From a virus: DNA of 64,000 nucleotides. Made by a program: the position numbers and the translations under genes. Below the pieces are notes generated by a model. The model did no database searches. It saw nothing but the letters and a program-made list of their open reading frames with translations, and was not told the DNA's origin. The stretch covers positions 45,029 through 109,028 of the IMG/VR virus record IMGVR_UViG_3300021963_007714. The stretch is one strand, 5' to 3'. Position 1 is the stretch's first letter, and each line of letters opens with the position of its first letter. Shown here piece after piece: positions 39,457-48,920 of the stretch.

Positions 39457-39998
39457 ATCTCAAAGAACAAACAGCAGACAAACATAGGCAGGCAGAATCT
39501 ACCAAATTTATGAAGGCAGTGTTCGCACAAACATTGCCAATATCTTTATGGGTAGATTGGACCAAACAAAAAAGTTTTTTCTACAACAAAATTGAATACT
39601 ATGCTGGACATTTAGGACTGCTAGAAGATATAGAAGATATAAGACGAAGTTATTATATTTTACAAGATTACAATGTAATGAACAGTGGAAATCCATCTTT
39701 ACATGCCATTAGAAATACTGTATTAGAATACGGAGATTATATAGATCAAATAGGCAGCGATGGCAGTAAAATTCTTGCGCATTTATACACTTGGCACATG
39801 GGTGACATGTTTGGAGGACAAATGATTAAAAAAATTATACCCGGTTCTCATCTTGCTCTTGAATTTGAAAATCCTCAAGCCTTAATGAAAAATTTAAGAT
39901 CTAAATTATCAGATGATCTCGGTAGAGAGGCTAATACTGCTTTTGATTGGGCAATTAAAATGATGAGGGACTATGATGGAGATTTGGAACAAAATTGA
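39453..39998 (+). CDS. Heme oxygenase (biliverdin-producing)
   Basis: LKEQTADKHRQAE (proximal His), AHLYTWHMGDMFGGQMI and EANTAF. Confidence 0.9.
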   Translation: MNLKEQTADKHRQAESTKFMKAVFAQTLPISLWVDWTKQKSFFYNKIEYYAGHLGLLEDIEDIRRSYYILQDYNVMNSGNPSLHAIRNTVLEYGDYIDQIGSDGSKILAHLYTWHMGDMFGGQMIKKIIPGSHLALEFENPQALMKNLRSKLSDDLGREANTAFDWAIKMMRDYDGDLEQN

Positions 39999-40644
39999 AG
40001 AACTAGCAGAATACCTAGAACAGCAATTTAATAACACAGGTGATGCTATAGAAGGAAAACTTAATGAAGACTACGATTGGGAAAATAATCTTTGGTCCAG
40101 TCCAAGATATCGTAGAGCTCACATTGAAATAGTAGACAAGCGTGATTCGCATGGAATCTACATTTTACATTCTACTATATTCCCACATTATAATGATCCT
40201 AGCCCTATTTGGGGCTTTGATGCTATATGCGGACGTAATAAAATTACAGGTGCTTTTCATGATTTTAGCGCAGCCGGGGATAGAAATCATGACATGATGT
40301 TATGGTTTGAACAGCATTCGTCACCTTTACAATGGACTAAACCTAGAACTTTACCCGACTGGGCAAAACAAATCTTCAGTCCTTCTATGATAGCCGCGGG
40401 TAATATAAGCGATGAGCAAGAAATTGAATTACTTTGTAAGATAGCTAGGGAATCCTTAGACTATTATTTGGCTAATGTGGGATTCACCCAGACCTCTGGC
40501 GCAGATTTTCATATGGCACAAAATCGCTATTGTTACTATCAAAAACAAAATCCGCAAGTGATAAAAAGCATGGTAGCAATGGGTGTTCCTGAACCTACTA
40601 TCTTAAAATTTGTAGACGAGATACTATTCCCAGAAGCCGCATAA
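39973..40644 (+). CDS. Ferredoxin-dependent bilin reductase (PcyA/PcyX-like)
   Basis: YRRAHIE, LHSTIFP, PIWGFD, GAFHDFS, RTLPDWAKQIFS and QNRYCYYQKQNP; adjacent to heme oxygenase. Confidence 0.85.
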   Translation: MMEIWNKIEELAEYLEQQFNNTGDAIEGKLNEDYDWENNLWSSPRYRRAHIEIVDKRDSHGIYILHSTIFPHYNDPSPIWGFDAICGRNKITGAFHDFSAAGDRNHDMMLWFEQHSSPLQWTKPRTLPDWAKQIFSPSMIAAGNISDEQEIELLCKIARESLDYYLANVGFTQTSGADFHMAQNRYCYYQKQNPQVIKSMVAMGVPEPTILKFVDEILFPEAA

Positions 40645-40654
40645 ATATTTTATT

Positions 40655-41776
40655 ATGCGATTTAGTGAATTTTCAAAACCTTTAGAGGAAGGTGGCAAAT
40701 CTAGTGGAGTTCGATATAATAGCGAAATTGCTATGTTATGTGCTCTTGCTGGAGCGGACCCTGAATCCTTCAACCCTTCTAAACCTGAGCTTACTTTACC
40801 TGCTCAAATACTTTCCGATCCCAATGGCACATATAATTCAATTAAAAAGTTATTGGCTCCAAATTTTGATCAGGGATTGTTTCTTAGGTGGCATCAAATT
40901 GGCACAGCATATGCTGAACTTATTAATAAAAAATTGGCAGAAAACGGCCAATCAGTTGAACAATTTACATGGGCGGGTGGAAAAAATAAGGCAGATAACG
41001 CTGCCGATGTAGGATTTGAAGGCACAGATGTCGCCGGTATCAGTCTAAAAGCAGAAGGCGGTATTACTCTAGCTAATCTTACTCCTAAAGTATTAGGACT
41101 AACTCCCGAACGAGGCAATGATATTTTTTATCAATACGCCCAAGAAGAATTTAAAAAAATGAAACAAGACATTTTTAATGATGTTCTTGCTCTAGCACAA
41201 AGTAAACCAGGAGAAGTCATTGCTCCTATTTCAGACAAATACACTATAGTTTTTGATCCAAATACACAGAAGTTTACTTGTAAAGGAAAAACAAGTTTAA
41301 CAGCAGATGCTAGCACAATAATAGCATCTTCGGGTAAAAATGCCAAATGGCAACGTGTATTTGGTGATTGGTTTCAGGCTAATTGGCAATCAAAGAAAGC
41401 CTATGCTACACCTCTGTTTTCAAAGATCGCTACAGTGTTTGAATCCATAATTGAAAACACACTGAAACAAAATGCTAGTCTTACTTCTATGCTGAGATTT
41501 TCACAACAACCATATTTTTACGCAAGTGTTAATGGATTGTATTATGTACCAAGCATAACTGAAGTAGAAGATCTACAACTTATGGGATTGAAATACGGAG
41601 CACCAGACGGTACCAGTCAACTTTTTATAGCACAAATCGGACGTCCTGATAGTAATGAATTTGCAGAATTAGATTTATATATAAGATATGCCAACGGTAT
41701 GTTTGAAAGCAATCCCACTGTTAGGGTCCAAACCCTACGTAACCCACAATTCATCAGTTGGGAAAAACTAAATTAA
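40655..41776 (+). CDS. Putative PD-(D/E)xK restriction-like endonuclease with capsid-targeting-like leader
   Basis: MRFSEFSKPLEE leader; E...ADV...GISLK catalytic-like pattern. Confidence 0.5.
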   Translation: MRFSEFSKPLEEGGKSSGVRYNSEIAMLCALAGADPESFNPSKPELTLPAQILSDPNGTYNSIKKLLAPNFDQGLFLRWHQIGTAYAELINKKLAENGQSVEQFTWAGGKNKADNAADVGFEGTDVAGISLKAEGGITLANLTPKVLGLTPERGNDIFYQYAQEEFKKMKQDIFNDVLALAQSKPGEVIAPISDKYTIVFDPNTQKFTCKGKTSLTADASTIIASSGKNAKWQRVFGDWFQANWQSKKAYATPLFSKIATVFESIIENTLKQNASLTSMLRFSQQPYFYASVNGLYYVPSITEVEDLQLMGLKYGAPDGTSQLFIAQIGRPDSNEFAELDLYIRYANGMFESNPTVRVQTLRNPQFISWEKLN

Positions 41777-41803
41777 ACTTTAAGTAAGTATATAAATAGT
41801 GAT

Positions 41804-42172
41804 ATGGAAATATTACTATTAATGTTTCTGCTACAGGCCAAACATTGGTACGCAGACTTTTTTATTCAAACTTACGATCAAACAGTTAAAAAGGGTCTAT
41901 ACGGTGATCCTGTTGGTATAAGCCATAGCCTAGATCATATGTTATGGACACTGATAGCCCTACTGTTATTCAGTTTAATTCACCCTGTTGAACTTGTAAT
42001 GATTTTAACAATTAGTATATTAGAAGGGTTCGCTCACTATCATATTGATTGGTTTAAGGTAAAATATGGTATAAAAGATATGTACAAGCCTAGATTTTGG
42101 AGAGAATTTGGCGCTGATCAAATGGCTCACCATATCTGTTACTTGTTTATTATTTGGTACTTATTACTATGA
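41804..42172 (+). CDS. DUF3307-family membrane protein
   Basis: KHWYADF..Q, HSLDH, HYHIDW and DQMAH. Confidence 0.8.
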   Translation: MEILLLMFLLQAKHWYADFFIQTYDQTVKKGLYGDPVGISHSLDHMLWTLIALLLFSLIHPVELVMILTISILEGFAHYHIDWFKVKYGIKDMYKPRFWREFGADQMAHHICYLFIIWYLLL

Positions 42173-43572
42173 TAATTTCAGGTGGTATGACCCTAGTAGG
42201 TGGTGTTACATACTTTGACAGTGCAGGTTATACAAGTTTTTTATATCCCCCTAGTCCGGATACCTATGTAGCATTTAGACAAGAAATCGCCTATGCGTAT
42301 GGATATTCCGGTAGTACTGCTGGCCATCTGTCTACAGCTACCCAAAATGTAGTTTATGATATAGGGACAGGTAATTTTACAATAGAAGCAAATGTTTATC
42401 TAACAACAACACCTGGCGCCGGTTCAATTCGTGGTATTTTAAACAAAGGTGCTATTGGACCTAGTGGTTGGACATTTGGAGTTAATGATACCTTACGACT
42501 TTACATGTATGGTTCTAGTCCTACATTTGGAGGACCAACTAGCACACAGATTATAGCATTGAATAGTTGGACATATGTTGCCGTGGTGAGAGAAGGAACT
42601 GGTGCTAATCAAACTAAATTTTATATAAATGGATACTTAGCTGGAACTGGAACATGGGCCCACCCTATGACAAATACTGACCCTCTACGAGTGGGTACGT
42701 TCGCTGCTTCAGGTACTTATGTAAATTGGATAGGAGCAATTACAGATCTTAGATGGTCAAATTTTGCTAGAACAATAGAAGTACAGGGATGTACTCCTAA
42801 GCCGTTTGATTCAGGAACTATACTAGTAACAGGTAATACTTCAACCCACGCATACGCACTTAGTGGTAATACATGGACAAATTGGCTCCTACAGAGTTCT
42901 CCTAGTCCCACTGTTAGTAGCAATCCTGTAAGCGTAGATGTTGTCACTAATCAATTAAACATTGGATTTGGTGACTATACTATTGAATGCTGGATATATA
43001 GAACAAGTGGAGGTACTATGGGAATTTACAGCCATGGACTAAATGATTTAAGCCAAGGGTATCATATCTATATTAATGCATCTAATAGGTTAGTAGTTAC
43101 CCATGATGCAATTATTGTGTCATCCGGTAGCATTGACTTAAACAATAATACTTGGTATCACATAGTTGTACAACGTTCGGGACAAACTTCACTGAAGACA
43201 TTTGTGAATGGACAGCAAGATAATTTCCAATCAGTTGGTGCTTTCTCAATAAACTTCGCCTACACATATCAGAATAGAATTGGTTATTATAAATCAGGTG
43301 GTTGGATTTCTAGTCCATTCCGAGGATATATAAGTAATTTTAGAATATCTAAAGGAACTAGATATCCAACTGGTAGCGGACAAGGATTTACTAGGCCCAC
43401 TGAACCATTTAGATGGGACAGCAGTACTTTAATTCTTACTGCCAACAAACAATCATTATCTTATACATTTGATGGGAGCCTCGATCAATATTGGACTTCT
43501 GCTGCAGCAGGTTCGACTACACCGACAACAACTATACGATCTCCGGAAGTATCAAATTTTAATCCATTTTAG
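42169..43572 (+). CDS. Tandem LamG/ConA-like lectin-domain virion protein
   Basis: Two domains with FTIE/YTIECW, WTYVAVVR/WYHIVVQR, YING/FVNG and GYISNFRI; start MIISGG at 42169. Confidence 0.8.
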   Translation: MIISGGMTLVGGVTYFDSAGYTSFLYPPSPDTYVAFRQEIAYAYGYSGSTAGHLSTATQNVVYDIGTGNFTIEANVYLTTTPGAGSIRGILNKGAIGPSGWTFGVNDTLRLYMYGSSPTFGGPTSTQIIALNSWTYVAVVREGTGANQTKFYINGYLAGTGTWAHPMTNTDPLRVGTFAASGTYVNWIGAITDLRWSNFARTIEVQGCTPKPFDSGTILVTGNTSTHAYALSGNTWTNWLLQSSPSPTVSSNPVSVDVVTNQLNIGFGDYTIECWIYRTSGGTMGIYSHGLNDLSQGYHIYINASNRLVVTHDAIIVSSGSIDLNNNTWYHIVVQRSGQTSLKTFVNGQQDNFQSVGAFSINFAYTYQNRIGYYKSGGWISSPFRGYISNFRISKGTRYPTGSGQGFTRPTEPFRWDSSTLILTANKQSLSYTFDGSLDQYWTSAAAGSTTPTTTIRSPEVSNFNPF

Positions 43573-43629
43573 TAGATACACTTATTAAAACGTTCTGTTC
43601 CTATAAATATATGTAACTTAGGAGCGAAT

Positions 43630-44103
43630 ATGAAGAAGATTGCGTTAGCATTGTTTTTACTACCATTGCTGGCTCATGCGGAACTGGTTCAACAATTCAA
43701 AAGTCCAAGTTTTAATGGACAAAATTGGAGCAGCCATGTTCTTACTATAGACAGTATAGAAAAAGCACGTAAAGATAATATAGAAAGTCAAAAGAAATCA
43801 GAAGAGGCTAAATTGTTAGCCGAAGCACAGAATACACCATTGGCTCGCTTTATGAGCCTATTTACCAGCCAAGTATATGCGCAATTAGCCAGCCAACTTA
43901 GCACAAATCTATTCCAAAATAAATGTCAAGGTGCAGACGGATTAGCGATTCCAGGATGTGTAAACCCTTCAAGCGGAGTGTTTAGTTTAGACGGCAATAC
44001 TATTACCTGGGTAAAAACAGACAAAGATGTTACTTTAACAGTGGTTGATAAGGCAGGCACCGTGACTGTTGTTAAAGTTCCTATAGCAAGTTTTGGATTC
44101 TAA
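43630..44103 (+). CDS. csgF: Curli assembly protein CsgF
   Basis: Signal peptide, then ELVQQFKSPSFNG (CsgF N-terminal motif); directly upstream of csgG. Confidence 0.8.
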   Translation: MKKIALALFLLPLLAHAELVQQFKSPSFNGQNWSSHVLTIDSIEKARKDNIESQKKSEEAKLLAEAQNTPLARFMSLFTSQVYAQLASQLSTNLFQNKCQGADGLAIPGCVNPSSGVFSLDGNTITWVKTDKDVTLTVVDKAGTVTVVKVPIASFGF

Positions 44104-44104
44104 T

Positions 44105-45016
44105 ATGAAGAACACGTTAAAATTATCAATATTAGCAGCAAGTATAGCCTTAGGTGGTTGTAATGCCATGCGTCCTGTTTTAGAGGCTAAATTAGATACT
44201 CCTCCCAGAGTTAGCCAAAACATGCTGAAAGACCTAAATACCATTCCAGCACCAATGGGTCCTCCAATCACTGTAGCGGTATACAACTTTAGAGACCTAA
44301 CAGGACAACGTAAGCCAAGTAATACATTGAGCCTTTTCAGTTCAGCGGTAACACAAGGTGCAGAAAGTTATCTAATTAAGACATTGGCAGAAGCAGGCAA
44401 TCGTCAATGGTTTACTGTGGTAGAACGTGTGGGCTTAGATAACCTGCTTAAAGAGCGTCAAATGATCAAGCAGACTCGTGAGATCTATGATGGCGAAAAA
44501 GCCAAAATGCTACCCCCAATGACGCTGGCAGGAGTTATCATTGAGGGCGGTATTATAGATTATAATTCAAACACACTGACAGGTGGTACCGGAGCACGTT
44601 GGTTGGGCATAGGGCCATATACTCAATACACACAAGATTTGGTCGTAATTAGTCTAAGACTGGTCAGTGTTCAAACAGGTGAAGTATTAACCAGCGTCAC
44701 TATTGAAAAGAACTTACTATCTACAGCAGAAGGTGTAACTACATTTAAATTCTTTAACACTGCCACAAGAGCCTTTGAATTAGACTCAAGTCAGACTTTT
44801 AATGAACCAGGCAACTATGCTCTGCGTTCGGCCATAGAAGCGGGTGTAATAGAACTTATTCGTCAAGGAGAAAGCCAAGGACTGTGGAAATACAAGGAGC
44901 AAGTGAAACATGACGTGGTTCCGACACCGCAGCCCAAAACTGCCCCCCAGTCTACTGAATCAGCCCCCAATCAAGGATTGGTCGATTCCAGCGGCCAGCC
45001 AATTAAAACAAACTAA
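44105..45016 (+). CDS. csgG: Curli secretion channel lipoprotein CsgG
   Basis: Lipobox LGGC; VAVYNFRDLTGQRK, SAVTQG, WFTVVERVGLDNLLKERQMI and EGGII.Y. Confidence 0.92.
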   Translation: MKNTLKLSILAASIALGGCNAMRPVLEAKLDTPPRVSQNMLKDLNTIPAPMGPPITVAVYNFRDLTGQRKPSNTLSLFSSAVTQGAESYLIKTLAEAGNRQWFTVVERVGLDNLLKERQMIKQTREIYDGEKAKMLPPMTLAGVIIEGGIIDYNSNTLTGGTGARWLGIGPYTQYTQDLVVISLRLVSVQTGEVLTSVTIEKNLLSTAEGVTTFKFFNTATRAFELDSSQTFNEPGNYALRSAIEAGVIELIRQGESQGLWKYKEQVKHDVVPTPQPKTAPQSTESAPNQGLVDSSGQPIKTN

Positions 45017-45033
45017 ACAAGGACGGAGCGAAT

Positions 45034-45900
45034 ATGAAGAAAACATTACTAACACTGCTGATGATGGCAGCATTTCCGGTAGCAGCACAAACCACAGTGG
45101 CAGCACCAACTCCAACAACTCCCGTTGATCCTACAGTAGGGGTCATGGCAGGCACCGCCACAGCACTGACACAGAGTGCTACCAATCGTGTGTTCATTGA
45201 TCAAGACGGTGAGCGTCCCAATGTCAGCATTACACAGACAGGCAGTGGTAATACTGCTGGCAGTGATTCAACCTATAGCAAAATTATAACAGGTATTGTA
45301 GATAGACTAAACGCAGGCGGTGTGCGTCAATATACAGTAAACAGTGCTATATACCTACGTGGTGATGATCATAACATTATCTTAAACCAAGTGGGCAATA
45401 ATAACACCATTGCTATGAAGGCAATAAGCCCAGATGTAGCAGCACAGGGAGTAGATATTACTATTCAACAATTAGGCAACAGTAACTTTGCTGATGTTCT
45501 ATGTGGATCTGGATCAAGTTCAGCAGGAACAGCATTAACAGGCTGTAAAGATGCTACATTAAATTGGAAGTTTACAGGTAACAGCAATGCCATACAGTTT
45601 CGTGGCACAGGTGACGATCTAAACAGTCAGATCACAGTGACCAGTGGTAATAGCAATGAATTTAATATTGACTCAGTGGGTAATAAGCACAATCAAACTA
45701 TAACCGTGGCAGGTAATTTCAATGTGTTTAATATCAGTCAAACTGGCAATAGTGCTTATGGTAGCAGCATATGGATGGATGTAAACGGAGCCAGCAATAG
45801 ATTCGCTATCAGCCAAGCAGGCACACAAGATAATGTAGTTAAAATTACCACAGTGGGCAGCAGTGGAGTTTGGAATATAATTCAAAGAACAACACCATAA
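45034..45900 (+). CDS. Secreted curlin-repeat protein (CsgA/CsgB-like)
   Basis: Signal peptide and roughly 11 repeats of I-x-Q-x-G-x-x-N type (ITQTGSGN, LNQVGNNN, IQQLGNSN, ISQAGTQDN). Confidence 0.75.
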   Translation: MKKTLLTLLMMAAFPVAAQTTVAAPTPTTPVDPTVGVMAGTATALTQSATNRVFIDQDGERPNVSITQTGSGNTAGSDSTYSKIITGIVDRLNAGGVRQYTVNSAIYLRGDDHNIILNQVGNNNTIAMKAISPDVAAQGVDITIQQLGNSNFADVLCGSGSSSAGTALTGCKDATLNWKFTGNSNAIQFRGTGDDLNSQITVTSGNSNEFNIDSVGNKHNQTITVAGNFNVFNISQTGNSAYGSSIWMDVNGASNRFAISQAGTQDNVVKITTVGSSGVWNIIQRTTP

Positions 45901-45909
45901 GGAGTTGTC

Positions 45910-47064
45910 GTGAGATATTTCTGTTTAAGTTTATTGTTTTGCGCCACCACGGCCTGGGCTGACATAGGGTCAGTTACAGAGGTCACAGGCAGTGGCACAA
46001 TAAAACGTGGTAAAGATTCTGTGACAATAGCCAAGGGAACGGTGATTCAAACCAATGATAAGATTGAAACAAAGAATGGCAAGGTTAAAATTACTTTTAA
46101 AGACAATACTACAGTATCAGTCACGGAACACAGTAGTTTGGTTATTGATGATTTTGTTTATGATCCTAAAAATGCTCAGGGAGGAAAACTTGGTCTAAAG
46201 GCCACTGGTGGTGCTGTGCGCTATGTTAGTGGTGCCATAGCCGGTGCCAACCCTAATGCTGTGAAAATCAATACACCTACTGCGGCAATTGCTGTGCGTG
46301 GCACTGACTTTGTCATGGCAGTAAACGAAGTTGGAGCATCCACTGTGATCCTCATGCCCAGTTGTGAAGATAATGTAGGACCTAATGTTAGAGGTGCCAT
46401 ATGTGGTAGTGGAGCCATTGATGTAGAAAGTGGCCCTAACCTTGTAACAATGAATCGTCCCTTTCAAGCCACTATGGTAGAAACAGCGGGCGCACCTCCT
46501 ACACCCCCCATGACTATTAATATATTTGGCACACCAGTAGGAACTAATTTGTTAGTGAGCCCACCGCCTACTATGAGTGGTGCGCCGTTGGTAGCAGCAG
46601 CAAGAGCCGCAGCGGCAGCAGCAGGTGTTCCAGGAGCGAAAAAAGATGACTCAAAGAAAGAGAGCAAAGAAGAGAGCAAAGATGGTGGTGATAACTCAGA
46701 ACAAGTCGCAAGTAACCAGGCGGCAGACGCTAAAAAGGCTCAAGAAGCCCCTGCTTCAGACACTAAAACCACAGTAGCACAAGCAGAAGTTAAAGAAGAA
46801 ATTCCTGTCACTGCTGCCAAAGAAGAAACAAAGTCAGAAGATCCAGAATGGCTACGTAAGATTTATAAAGATAAATCAGAGACCAAACAGGTAGGTTGGG
46901 CTGTAGAATCAGTTAGCCAAAATGGTCGTAATGTAGCACAGGTTTCATTACAGATGAATACTCAGGTGCAGGTCAGTGTCACACAGGACATGCTGAACGT
47001 GAGCAATAACTTCTCAAGTGGTCGTCCTCAGGGACAGATTATAATTAATCAAACATACAGATGA
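45910..47064 (+). CDS. Secreted FecR-domain protein
   Basis: Signal peptide; IGSVTEVTG, D.IET..G...ITFKDNT...V...S.LVIDDFVYD and TPTAAIAVRGTDF; Pro/Ala/Lys/Glu-rich linker. Confidence 0.85.
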   Translation: MRYFCLSLLFCATTAWADIGSVTEVTGSGTIKRGKDSVTIAKGTVIQTNDKIETKNGKVKITFKDNTTVSVTEHSSLVIDDFVYDPKNAQGGKLGLKATGGAVRYVSGAIAGANPNAVKINTPTAAIAVRGTDFVMAVNEVGASTVILMPSCEDNVGPNVRGAICGSGAIDVESGPNLVTMNRPFQATMVETAGAPPTPPMTINIFGTPVGTNLLVSPPPTMSGAPLVAAARAAAAAAGVPGAKKDDSKKESKEESKDGGDNSEQVASNQAADAKKAQEAPASDTKTTVAQAEVKEEIPVTAAKEETKSEDPEWLRKIYKDKSETKQVGWAVESVSQNGRNVAQVSLQMNTQVQVSVTQDMLNVSNNFSSGRPQGQIIINQTYR

Positions 47065-48902
47065 AATACGGATATCGTTGGACTTCGGGTTTTGGCATTG
47101 TTATACTGGTGCTGTTCCTCTCCTTGGTTTATTTTTGGGCTGAACCTGCTCGTGCTGATGTCACTGATCTACAACTACCGGTAGGTAAAGTATTCGACAG
47201 TCAATGGAATGTAGGAGCCTGCACCCAATCAAGCGGAACCTGCTCAGTAAGCGGCCTTGTATCAAGTCAACTTTACAGTCCATCAGCAGGATGGAAAAGT
47301 TTTACCTCAGGTATGACTGTGCGTTTTAGTTATAATAACGGCAGTGTAGCAGGCAATCCCATACAGTTAGAATTATGGAACAGTAACAATACTCTTAACA
47401 CTGTGATGATTCCTTATGGTAGATTCATTGCTTTTGAAAATGGTGCCAATGAAGGTCGTCAATATATGTTTGTGGATAACACCACTTGGTATGGATATTA
47501 TATTAACCTACAAGCATCTACATCTACCACTAGTTCAACTTGGAATCATGGTGGCACTGCCACTACAGCACAATATCAAGCACTAACACAGGCCATGGTC
47601 ACTGCGCCACCGCCACCTGCTATGCCCACAAACAATGTAGCACAGACCAGTGGGTCAAGCCTATATCCCTATACCAGAGGAACCAGTAATCGTGGATTTA
47701 CAATACAATGGTGGGACTGCTGTGGCAGCGGTGGTTGGAATATGTCAAATGCTACTTGGAGTCAAGGCGGCACAGGCAGCGGCTTTTATGCTTGGGTCAC
47801 AGGATATCTCCGCTGGCCAGGTGCTCAAGACGGTGTAAGTAGAACCATATGGTTTAGAACAGGTTGGGATGACAAGCACAAATTGTTTATCAATGGCACA
47901 CAGATAACCAATGGTGATTGCTGTGCCTATGCCTATGGATCATATACTGCTAAACCTGGTGAATTTGTATATATTCATTTTTATACAGATAACAGTGGCG
48001 GTGGACCTACCAGTTGGGAAATAGCCTGGGATCCACAGGGTGACGGCACCTATGAAGTTATAGGTGGCGAAAGCGTAGGATTAGAATCAGGTGGTGGTTC
48101 AAGTTGGTATTCAAGCACAGAGACTGCCGCACAGATCAATCAAAAAAATTCAGATCGTGCTCGATTAGCAGCATTGGCACAGGGTAACAAATTGTATATC
48201 GCACAAAGCGGTAGTTACGCAGATGTTGATATTATACAAGAAGGTTCAACAAACTATATACAAGGACGTGGTGGAGTAGGCGATGCTCAACTCATAGGCA
48301 ATTATAATACACTGAGAATAAGACAAGGTGATGGATTAGGATCAGGTAAGAACCTAATCGAGTTTGATGTCAATGGAACAAGCAATACTGTGACACTGCT
48401 ACAAGGATGGAACGGAACTTGGCCCTCTGTCAGCAAGGATGGCATTGAAAGTGGCGGACACTACAGTGACCTTAAACTGACAGGCAACAATAACACAGTG
48501 ACATTTCAACAGGCCAACACAGGAGCGGCCAATTCCGGACACTATAACAGATCAGAGATCACAGGTGACACTAATACAGTGTTAGTAAGACAATTATGGG
48601 GCAACGCAGCCTATCACACTTTCTTCAGTAACATAACAGGTAATAGCAACAATGTAGATGTATTACAGGCAGGCGCAGCAGGCAAGTATATGGATCTTAC
48701 CTTGACAGGAAATGGACATACTGTAGTCGCGACCCAGGATGGTGCAGGTAGTCATAGAGCCACTATTAACCTAAGTAGAGTGCTGGGGTCATCCACATTA
48801 AATCTTACGCAGCAAGGGACAGTGGCACAACAATATAACATTACACAGGCCTGCGCTAATCTAAGTGGTTGCTCAGTGACAGTAACACAGGGCACACCAT
48901 AA
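47061..48902 (+). CDS. Secreted protein with PA14-like domain fused to C-terminal curlin repeats
   Basis: N-terminal signal/TM; 'TGYLRWP...FRTGWDDKHKLFING...YTDNSGG' (PA14-like); about 10 Q-x-G-x-x-N/H repeats at the C-terminus. Confidence 0.7.
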   Translation: MKYGYRWTSGFGIVILVLFLSLVYFWAEPARADVTDLQLPVGKVFDSQWNVGACTQSSGTCSVSGLVSSQLYSPSAGWKSFTSGMTVRFSYNNGSVAGNPIQLELWNSNNTLNTVMIPYGRFIAFENGANEGRQYMFVDNTTWYGYYINLQASTSTTSSTWNHGGTATTAQYQALTQAMVTAPPPPAMPTNNVAQTSGSSLYPYTRGTSNRGFTIQWWDCCGSGGWNMSNATWSQGGTGSGFYAWVTGYLRWPGAQDGVSRTIWFRTGWDDKHKLFINGTQITNGDCCAYAYGSYTAKPGEFVYIHFYTDNSGGGPTSWEIAWDPQGDGTYEVIGGESVGLESGGGSSWYSSTETAAQINQKNSDRARLAALAQGNKLYIAQSGSYADVDIIQEGSTNYIQGRGGVGDAQLIGNYNTLRIRQGDGLGSGKNLIEFDVNGTSNTVTLLQGWNGTWPSVSKDGIESGGHYSDLKLTGNNNTVTFQQANTGAANSGHYNRSEITGDTNTVLVRQLWGNAAYHTFFSNITGNSNNVDVLQAGAAGKYMDLTLTGNGHTVVATQDGAGSHRATINLSRVLGSSTLNLTQQGTVAQQYNITQACANLSGCSVTVTQGTP

Positions 48903-48920
48903 ACTATATATAAATAGAAG

